Source of the DNA: a candidate division WOR-3 bacterium
GTDB lineage: Bacteria > Hydrothermota > Tepidihabitantia > Tepidihabitantales > Tepidihabitantaceae
DNA length: 20,008 nt
Reading direction: 5' to 3'
Assembly: GCA_037441285.1 (NCBI GenBank)
Contig: JBBISL010000026.1
Coordinates: forward strand, 1-20,008
Shown here: positions 8,692 through 15,447 of the stretch, piece by piece
Layout of the letters: each line of letters opens with the position of its first letter
Position numbering within the stretch: the first letter of the stretch is position 1
The notes under the pieces: generated by a model
Databases searched by the model: none
Told to the model about the DNA's origin: nothing
Seen by the model: the letters and a program-made list of their open reading frames with translations, nothing else
Program-made: the position numbers and the translations under genes

Positions 8692-9336
8692 ATGAACCGA
8701 TGGGCGATTTTCGCCTTTTTTCTTGTCTCGGGCTGTTTTGGGCCACGGGTCCAGACTGTCTATCTGGACCCGGTTCGGCAACTGCCGCCCGCCTGGCTTT
8801 TTTCTGGGGTTGGTCCCGAACAGGAGGTCAGAACCGCCCGCTACCTGGGCAAGTTTAAGATAACCTATTACTGGGTTGTGGATGAAAAAGATTACCCGAA
8901 AAGCCGCACCATACCATTGTACACCCAAGACGGTGCACTTCTGGGCAGATTCTCCCCATCCTTTGTAAAAGATTTTAAGACCGAATCTGCTGCCCGGCTC
9001 AGAGATGGCACCTGCATCAGTTACTTAAAAAGGCAAAACCGGGTTCAGGTGGTTAAAAGATTTCTTGGTCATGGTGGATACACCCTTACCGAACTAAAGT
9101 CCATCGCGGTTGACCCAAAGGTAATTCCCATTGGTTCAATGATTTACATTCCTCAGGCGGAGAATGTTGTCGTGGACGGGAAACGCCTGAACGGTATCTT
9201 TTATGCCCATGATATCGGTAGTGCGGTGGATGGGAAGCACATCGATATATTTATCGGTAAAAAGTCCAATATGGCGGCATTTGCCTCAGCGGGGCTGAAA
9301 AGTTCGGGTAGCGTCGATGTCTACATTCTTGAATAA
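8692..9336 (+). CDS. 3D-domain (MltA-like lytic transglycosylase) lipoprotein
   Basis: Lipobox LVSGC; FKITYY; three-Asp motifs SIAVDPKVIPIGS, AHDIGSAV and HIDIFIG. Confidence 0.85.
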   Translation: MNRWAIFAFFLVSGCFGPRVQTVYLDPVRQLPPAWLFSGVGPEQEVRTARYLGKFKITYYWVVDEKDYPKSRTIPLYTQDGALLGRFSPSFVKDFKTESAARLRDGTCISYLKRQNRVQVVKRFLGHGGYTLTELKSIAVDPKVIPIGSMIYIPQAENVVVDGKRLNGIFYAHDIGSAVDGKHIDIFIGKKSNMAAFASAGLKSSGSVDVYILE

Positions 9337-10215
9337 AGAGTCGATATAGAATAAACCCGACCTGGGTGCGTTTTCAGATATCAACTTTGCCACAACCTCC
9401 CGGCGCCAGTCATAATAAAGGTCAGCAATTCGAACCGTTTTAACGCCCTCTTGGTCCAGCCATGCTAAAAACTCGGCAAACTCTTTTGCCGACCATTCGG
9501 TAAAAACCCGGGGTTGTTCGACAATCCGGTGCAAAAGAACAATTGAGACCCGGTGATTCCGAACATAATTCTTAACCGCGGCAAGTGAAATCTCGCTCCG
9601 CAGTTCAAACTCTGGTAACTGATAGAGGTCGAGCCAGAAGTTGACCGGTCCGGAACGGACCGCGCGGGCAGCACGGTAACCAGCACGCCTTACCAGACGC
9701 CGCACCCTCTGGTCCATATCACCATAAGGGTAAACAAAGGTTACAACCGGGACATCAAAAAGCGACTCAAGTACTATCCGGGACCGGTAAATCTCCTGCC
9801 AAGCCCGCGCACTGTCCAATCTCGTGAGCCAGGGGTGGGAAAGGGTGTGGCTGGCAACCTCAATGTGGCAGGAGTCAATCAGTTCCTTAATCTCGCCCCG
9901 GGTGAGATAATAAGAATTCCCGCCTGTATGGTAATTCATACTCTGGCCGGTTAGTGTGTTAACAATAACTGCAAGTGTCGCGGTCATTTGATACTTTTTA
10001 AGTAGCGGGTAAACCTTTTGGTACACTGAACGGTGCCCATCATCAATCGAAAGCACCACCTGATGACCGGCAAGCGGCTTGGAAGCACTGCTGACCGCAG
10101 CCGAATCAATTTGCGCCCCGGCAAACGGCGATGAAGGTGTTGATGGCTGGGGCACAGCACCTTCTAAGGTTATTGCCGTGGTCGTCAGTAAAATTGCCAA
10201 CGCTATTAACACCAC
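9286..10215 (-). CDS. Exported polysaccharide deacetylase (CE4/NodB homology)
   Basis: Signal-like N-terminus; LSIDDG, ASHTLSHPWL, FVYPYG and IVLLH motifs. Confidence 0.88.
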   Translation of the reverse strand: MVLIALAILLTTTAITLEGAVPQPSTPSSPFAGAQIDSAAVSSASKPLAGHQVVLSIDDGHRSVYQKVYPLLKKYQMTATLAVIVNTLTGQSMNYHTGGNSYYLTRGEIKELIDSCHIEVASHTLSHPWLTRLDSARAWQEIYRSRIVLESLFDVPVVTFVYPYGDMDQRVRRLVRRAGYRAARAVRSGPVNFWLDLYQLPEFELRSEISLAAVKNYVRNHRVSIVLLHRIVEQPRVFTEWSAKEFAEFLAWLDQEGVKTVRIADLYYDWRREVVAKLISENAPRSGLFYIDSLFKNVDIDATRTFQPR

Positions 10216-10278
10216 ACTATTTTAGACTATCTGGGGTGGTTGACAAGTGCGGACCTTTTGGCAAACTATAGTCGTGGT

Positions 10279-11949
10279 ATGAAAATCGCCTTAGCCCAGC
10301 TCAATCCAACCGTCGGTGACCTGAAGGGCAATCTTGAACTCTTGCGTCGCACACTGGAAAAGGTCGACCCGGAAAAACCGGACCTTGTGATATTCCCCGA
10401 AATGTTTCTAACCGGTTATCCGCCACGCGATGTACTAACCCGACCCCGGTTTGTCGCTGCGACCGAAAGGGCATTGAACGAAGTCCAGGAAATTTCTAAT
10501 CGCTGTTATGCTGGCATCCTTGTCGGCGCGGTTACAACTTCCTCTCTCCATTCAGGCCGGGGCTTGCACAACACCGCCCACCTGTTTGCCCAAGGCAAGG
10601 AGCTGTTCCGGCAGGCAAAATCGCTACTGCCGTTTTACGATGTGTTTGATGAAGAACGTTACTTTGACCCGGCACCCGAAATCCGGCTCGTCCGTTTCAA
10701 AGAAATGGCACTGGGAATATCAATCTGTGAAGATGCCTGGAACCCATCCGAACTGTCTGCAGCAAACCGCAAGCAACTCTGGGGGAGAAAAATCTACCAC
10801 ATCGACCCGATTGCACTCCAGGCTCAGGCGGGTGCTGACCTTTTTATCAATATCGCCGCATCTCCGTTCTGGCGTGGTAAACAGCAACTCCGAGCAGAAC
10901 TTGCCCGTGCCCACATTTCAAAACATCGGCGCCCATTTGTCTTTGTAAATATGGTCGGTGCCAACGACGAACTGGTGTTTGACGGTGGCAGTTTTGTCTT
11001 TGACGAAAATGGCAAACCGCTTATGGTCCTTCCCTGGTTTCAGGAAAAGGTCGCGGTCCTGAATTTGCAACCCGCCCCAGAACCGGCAATTACCTATCAA
11101 CCCCCGGCAGAGATTGAATCGATTTATCAGGCGCTAATCCTTGGAGTCCTGGATTATGTTCAAAAGTGCGGATTCAAAAAGGTGGTTGTGGGTCTTTCGG
11201 GCGGAATTGACTCAGCGGTTGTCTGCTGTATTGCGGTCGCAGCACTGGGAAAAGACAATGTCTTAGGGGTCACAATGCCCTCACCCTTTTCTTCGCCGGG
11301 TAGCGTCGAGGACTCAAGACACCTCGCCGAGAATCTCGGTGTCCAATTTACCATTATACCAATCACCCCGATTTATCGGGCTTACCTTGATACTTTAAAA
11401 TCGGCTTTTGCCGGGCGTAACCCGGATGTGACCGAAGAGAACATCCAGGCGCGCATCCGGGGAAACATCCTGATGGCGCTCTCTAACAAACTGGGCTATC
11501 TGGTTTTAACCACCGGGAACAAAAGTGAACTGGCGGTTGGCTACTGTACCCTTTATGGCGATATGAGCGGCGGCTTGGCGGTGCTGGGCGATGTCCCGAA
11601 AACCACTGTCTATGAGCTTGCCCACCATATCAACCGGCAAAGAGAAATCATCCCTCGGGTGATAATCGAAAAAGCGCCTTCGGCGGAACTGCGACCGAAT
11701 CAAAAAGACCAGGACACACTTCCACCTTACGAAATTCTGGATGGCATCATCGCCCGTTACATTGACGAGGAGATGGCGCCCGAGGATATCGTGCAGCAGG
11801 GTTTTAATTCCGAAACGGTAAAATGGGTGGTGGAACAGATTGACCGGAACGAGTACAAAAGACGTCAGGCACCACCGGTACTTAAAGTGACAACCCGGGC
11901 GTTTGGCATCGGCCGGCGTTTCCCCATTGCCGCCCGTTACCGTTATTGA
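10279..11949 (+). CDS. nadE: Glutamine-dependent NAD+ synthetase
   Basis: Nitrilase domain (MKIALAQLN, FPEM, KSLLPFYDVFDE, ICED) plus synthetase domain (GLSGGIDS, ENIQARIRG, TTGNKSE, PSAELRPNQKDQD). The ORF-track TTG at 10240 is the -35 hexamer TTGACA, so ATG 10279 is taken as the start. Confidence 0.96.
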   Translation: MKIALAQLNPTVGDLKGNLELLRRTLEKVDPEKPDLVIFPEMFLTGYPPRDVLTRPRFVAATERALNEVQEISNRCYAGILVGAVTTSSLHSGRGLHNTAHLFAQGKELFRQAKSLLPFYDVFDEERYFDPAPEIRLVRFKEMALGISICEDAWNPSELSAANRKQLWGRKIYHIDPIALQAQAGADLFINIAASPFWRGKQQLRAELARAHISKHRRPFVFVNMVGANDELVFDGGSFVFDENGKPLMVLPWFQEKVAVLNLQPAPEPAITYQPPAEIESIYQALILGVLDYVQKCGFKKVVVGLSGGIDSAVVCCIAVAALGKDNVLGVTMPSPFSSPGSVEDSRHLAENLGVQFTIIPITPIYRAYLDTLKSAFAGRNPDVTEENIQARIRGNILMALSNKLGYLVLTTGNKSELAVGYCTLYGDMSGGLAVLGDVPKTTVYELAHHINRQREIIPRVIIEKAPSAELRPNQKDQDTLPPYEILDGIIARYIDEEMAPEDIVQQGFNSETVKWVVEQIDRNEYKRRQAPPVLKVTTRAFGIGRRFPIAARYRY

Positions 11950-11972
11950 ACTTATACTCCTTATTAATACAA

Positions 11973-13784
11973 CTATGGTCTTTGTCTCTCATCTACCTGC
12001 GTTCGGCGATACAGAACTTCTGCCCCCGCACTGTCACCAATGAGATAGAGCACCCTGCCAAGTCGACTTACTTCTTCAACTGAACTGGCGATTTGTGCCC
12101 GATGCTTGACAATCTGCCCAACACTGTCTTCCCAACCCGGTAAATTCTGCTGTAGCCGACTAAACTCCCGCTCTGCGGCGGCGCTTTCACCTAAAGCCCA
12201 TAATGCCAAGCCAGCACCCAGGCTTGCTCGGTACAGAGCCGAATCCAGAACCTGCGCCCGCTGAAAAGCGGCAAGCGCGCTGTCAAACTGCCCCCCGTAA
12301 AAAAATGCGTACCCCAAATTGGTCAGAATCTCGGGCGAATCGGGATTGAGTTCGTTTGCCAGCCGGAGATGGTGTATTGCGCGACGATGGTCTCCCTTTT
12401 CACTGTAAAGAAGGGCAATGTTTATGTGCGCCGGCACAAAACCCTGGTCCAGTAAAACCGCCCGCTTATACAGGGTAATTGCCGAATCGGGCATCTCGCT
12501 TTGTAATGCCCGGGCAAGTCCGACATAGGCGCCCGGTGCTTGGGGCGCCTCTTTAATCATCGCCGAAAAAAGCCTTTTTTCATCACGCCACACCGGCAGC
12601 CGGGAAACCGCATTCCCGGCAAACAGTCCGGCAAGCGCCACCAGGCCAAACCCAACCACCTGCCTCACCGCATGCTGGGCAACCAGTAGGCGCGAAATAA
12701 GAGAAATCACCAGTACCACCATTCCAAACGAAGGCAGAAAAAGCAGCCGCTCTGCCGCCTGCGGTCCAATCGGATAGATGTTACTCACGGGCAACAAAAA
12801 AAGAATTCCCCAGAAGTAACCCAGCAACGCAACCCGGAACCGCCGGCGCATCGCCGCCAGCGGCGTTACTAAAACGAACAGCATCGTGTAAAGTAAAAGG
12901 GGTGTAAGTTTCCAAAATGCTGGGTCTGGCGGAATTTTGACCCGGTGTTCAAACGGCAAAAAAAACATTCGGATATACAAGCCAAAGGTGTTGGCGATGT
13001 TCAGAAACCGCACATTGGCGATGTCAGTTGGTAAAGGTAGCGCCTGATTGAATATCTGATGGCGTAAAGTAAGATAACCAAACACTACCAAAAACAGAAT
13101 TCCCACCACCAGCCCGAACCTGCGGGGAAATCGGTTCTGGACTAAAAACGGCGTCCAGACAACCAGAAGCGGAAACAGGATGGCCGACTCTTTACTCAAC
13201 AGGGCAAGGGCGTAACAAAATGGAATTACCAGCCACCAGCGCCAGTTCCGTTTTCGGAGAGAACGCAACAGCGCAAAAGTAGCGAAACCAAGAAACAACG
13301 CGGTCAAAAGGTCAGGCCTTGCCGAGACCAAAGCAACCGACTCCACATGCGCGGGATGAGTGGCAAAGAGCAGTCCGGCGATGCCCGCCCAAACCGCCGA
13401 GTGGAGTAGTTCCCACACGACCAGCACCACCAGCACCGCACAGCCGGCACTGAGGATTACATTTATCAGATGAAAATACCAGGGTCTGGTTCCGGCAATC
13501 TTCTGGTCCAACCAGAATGATAGGTTGCTTATCGGCCGATAATAGGGAACTGCGGCATCATTCTCCAGCTCATCCGGAGCGCCTGCCCAGAAACCGCGGC
13601 AAAAAATATCCCTTACTCCTGTACGCGCCAGCAAAGTATTGTTCACAATCAGCAGGTTGTCGTCCCACACAAACTGGTATCTCAGGCTCGGCAGGTAAAT
13701 GCCAACAGCAACAACCGCAACAATGAGCGAAATTAGCGCCACACCCCTGCGGGTGCGCAATCGGTCGGCAAAAGAGTCCGCCAC
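11973..13784 (-). CDS. TMTC-like multi-pass membrane glycosyltransferase (GT-C fold) with C-terminal TPR repeats
   Basis: FVWDD, YYRP, FATHPAHVESV, LLSKES and AERLLFLPS motifs typical of TMTC-family proteins. Many hydrophobic helices followed by TPR-like repeats. Confidence 0.85.
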   Translation of the reverse strand: MADSFADRLRTRRGVALISLIVAVVAVGIYLPSLRYQFVWDDNLLIVNNTLLARTGVRDIFCRGFWAGAPDELENDAAVPYYRPISNLSFWLDQKIAGTRPWYFHLINVILSAGCAVLVVLVVWELLHSAVWAGIAGLLFATHPAHVESVALVSARPDLLTALFLGFATFALLRSLRKRNWRWWLVIPFCYALALLSKESAILFPLLVVWTPFLVQNRFPRRFGLVVGILFLVVFGYLTLRHQIFNQALPLPTDIANVRFLNIANTFGLYIRMFFLPFEHRVKIPPDPAFWKLTPLLLYTMLFVLVTPLAAMRRRFRVALLGYFWGILFLLPVSNIYPIGPQAAERLLFLPSFGMVVLVISLISRLLVAQHAVRQVVGFGLVALAGLFAGNAVSRLPVWRDEKRLFSAMIKEAPQAPGAYVGLARALQSEMPDSAITLYKRAVLLDQGFVPAHINIALLYSEKGDHRRAIHHLRLANELNPDSPEILTNLGYAFFYGGQFDSALAAFQRAQVLDSALYRASLGAGLALWALGESAAAEREFSRLQQNLPGWEDSVGQIVKHRAQIASSVEEVSRLGRVLYLIGDSAGAEVLYRRTQVDERQRP

Positions 13785-13896
13785 TGGAACAAAAGTTTGG
13801 AGAAATAGTTAGTAGATGTCAACAAACTCAACAATCAGGCAGGCAGCCAGAGAGTGCTGAAGTCTGAGAGCAGTGTCCTTTAACTTCTGGACAGTA

Positions 13897-13924
13897 TTGC
13901 CTCGCTTAAAACCCGGGCTATAAT
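13897..13924 (+). promoter_or_regulatory. Sigma70 promoter, near-leaderless, for the 13934 gene
   Basis: TTGCCT (13897-13902), 16 nt spacer, TATAAT (13919-13924). ATG follows 9 nt later with no SD. Confidence 0.6.
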
Positions 13925-13933
13925 TTACGACAA

Positions 13934-14761
13934 ATGGCGCAAAGAGCTCACCGACTCTTCACCCTTTTACTTCTGCCACTACTATGTCTGTGCGGCAGGG
14001 GGGGAAAAGTAGTACTTCAGCCGATGGTGCGCATCGACCCGCCCCCGATTGTTGATGGCGAAACCAATGTCTACGAAATAGTTGACCAGAACAACGCTTT
14101 GGTTGCGATTCGCAAGGTAACAACAACCCGGGTTATATATGGGGAAATCCCCGCATTTCAAGTTACCTCCTTAGAACAGATAACAAAAGATACTCATCCA
14201 ATAGAGTCAATCGTTGTTTACATATCCCGGGAGGATATGACCCCAATCGCCTCATTCCACTTCTCCCGTTCCCCAAAACCGCTTTTTTCCGCTGCTGCCG
14301 GTTATCAGGAGGGTTATGCCGAAATCGTTACCGCCACCCAAGAAGGGGAGTCCAAAAGACAGATTCCCATCGGACCCAACACCTTCGACATTCACCAGTT
14401 GACCACTCTTGGTAGGGCACTCCGATTTGGCCAGTTGAAGCCCTATAACATTCTTATTGCTATTCCTGCAACATCACCACCCGGCGGTATGTCCATTACC
14501 GCAAAAATCTCCCAATCCGGTATCGACACTTTAACAACACCCGCTGGCAGGTTTGAATGTTACAACCTCGTCATCGAATCCGACTCGGGCAAAATAAGCC
14601 TCTGGTATGAAAAAATTGGTGCCCGGCGACTTATTCAACTGTCTGACAGCGCAAAAGGCGAAACCGCCCGCCTCATATCCTCCTCAATACCGCTCACACC
14701 ACTAAAAACCGGTGCGACATCCTTAATCGAGTCGCATAACATAACTAACGAAACTAAATAA
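13934..14761 (+). CDS. Exported/lipoprotein hypothetical protein, DUF3108-like
   Basis: Signal peptide with Cys (LLCLCG); beta-rich sequence with TLTTPAGRFECY...ISLWY, typical of DUF3108-like proteins. Confidence 0.6.
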   Translation: MAQRAHRLFTLLLLPLLCLCGRGGKVVLQPMVRIDPPPIVDGETNVYEIVDQNNALVAIRKVTTTRVIYGEIPAFQVTSLEQITKDTHPIESIVVYISREDMTPIASFHFSRSPKPLFSAAAGYQEGYAEIVTATQEGESKRQIPIGPNTFDIHQLTTLGRALRFGQLKPYNILIAIPATSPPGGMSITAKISQSGIDTLTTPAGRFECYNLVIESDSGKISLWYEKIGARRLIQLSDSAKGETARLISSSIPLTPLKTGATSLIESHNITNETK

Positions 14762-14874
14762 GATAAGAAAATAAACCCAAACGACTTAAACACACAAAAA
14801 CCACGACGGTTCCTACTCTAAAATATTACTCCTTGAAATACAACAACTTAGAAATCTATCGCCCGCTCAATTTC

Positions 14875-14890
14875 TGGCACGGTAAATGCA
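14875..14890 (+). promoter_or_regulatory. Sigma54 (-24/-12) promoter P1
   Basis: TGGCACGGTAAATGCA: GG (14876-77), N10, GC (14888-89). IHF-like ATACAACAACTTA at 14838-14850. Predicted +1 near 14901. Confidence 0.7.
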
Positions 14891-14900
14891 GGAAATGTTT

Positions 14901-15145
14901 GAGCGTAAAATGAACACACACAAGGCGGAAGTTGCCGGGGTTGCTTCTAATAGAAAGAGCCTGTGCCACAAATCCAGGGCTGGAGCATCTATCTTCTCTT
15001 TTCCACCCCATGCAGTCACCCCTCAACACCGGACCGAAGTAACTTCACCCCCTCGGCCCGTATAAAGTGCCCCTCTGGGCGCTAAAATGACTGCTCATAT
15101 AAAGATGGTGCTCCAGCCCTTCCTTTTTTTAATCTGTCGCAGGCT
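14901..15145 (+). ncRNA. Candidate structured ncRNA 1 (long nested rod; family unknown, strand not certain)
   Basis: Nested stems 14958-14973/15132-15145, 14976-14995/15102-15120 (12 bp perfect core) and 15012-15018/15088-15094, with terminal hairpins. Lies downstream of sigma54 promoter P1; T-run at 15124-15130. Confidence 0.5.
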
Positions 15146-15279
15146 ATCCCTCGTTAGTTCAATCGGCTAAACACACCATCTCCTCCTCTTAAATAAAATA
15201 TACTTCTTGAACAATCTTTAAACCTGATGTTAACTCTTTATCAATGATAACTTAACCCGTTTCCAGCCTTTTATCCAGC

Positions 15280-15295
15280 CGGCACAAAATATGCT
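15280..15295 (+). promoter_or_regulatory. Sigma54 (-24/-12) promoter P2
   Basis: CGGCACAAAATATGCT: GG (15281-82), N10, GC (15293-94). AACTTA at 15249-15254, the same offset as at P1. Predicted +1 near 15306. Confidence 0.65.
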
Positions 15296-15305
15296 AATTA
15301 TTAAA

Positions 15306-15444
15306 ATGGTGTTGAGGGCGGGTGCCCTCGCAAAGGGAACAGAAAAAGATGCAGTCCAGGAAACCGGGACCTGGCTGTACCTTCCTCCCTGATATCCCGG
15401 TAGCTTCCTCCTTGCGGGCTCCCAAACGGGAGCCCGTCATTTCT
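15306..15444 (+). ncRNA. Candidate sRNA 2 (~140 nt)
   Basis: Bounded by P2 and a terminator-like hairpin. Contains hairpins 15314-15329 and 15350-15379, a possible pseudoknot and two CTTCCTCC motifs. G-U pairs favour the plus strand. Confidence 0.5.
15414..15444 (+). terminator. Intrinsic terminator-like hairpin (may also serve the convergent C25 gene)
   Basis: GCGGGCTCCC-AAAC-GGGAGCCCGT 10 bp stem followed by CATTTCT (weak U-tract). Lies 10 nt from the C25 stop codon. Confidence 0.65.
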
Positions 15445-15447
15445 ACC

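Noticed and set aside
10240..10278. ORF-track N-terminal extension of nadE (similarly 18955-19005 for C25 and 7545-7565 for ruvB)
   Set aside because: These TTG starts fall in promoter, UTR or upstream-gene sequence; the downstream starts fit family N-termini, SD position or gene spacing better.
14910..15065. 51-aa ORF (MNTHKAEVAG...PPRPV) just downstream of sigma54 promoter P1
   Set aside because: No SD, no recognisable motif, and it ends in the middle of the nested RNA stems. A small peptide cannot be fully excluded.
15064..15075. Minus-strand GGGCACTT resembling the c-di-GMP-II riboswitch loop
   Set aside because: There is no downstream GTGCAACC pseudoknot partner and no gene to regulate in that direction.
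15306..15392. 28-aa ORF (MVLRAGALAK...WLYLPP) whose ATG coincides with the predicted P2 start site
   Set aside because: Could be leaderless, but it is too short to support without conservation data, and RNA structure explains the sequence better.
15372..15393. Minus-strand TCAGGGAGGAAGGTACAGCC resembling the SRP RNA domain IV motif
   Set aside because: The bases flanking GGAA cannot pair and the AGCAG element is absent.
14762..15447. CRISPR array, tRNA or IS ends in the intergenic island
   Set aside because: No regularly spaced direct repeats, no cloverleaf with T/D-loop consensus, and no terminal inverted repeats with target duplication were seen.
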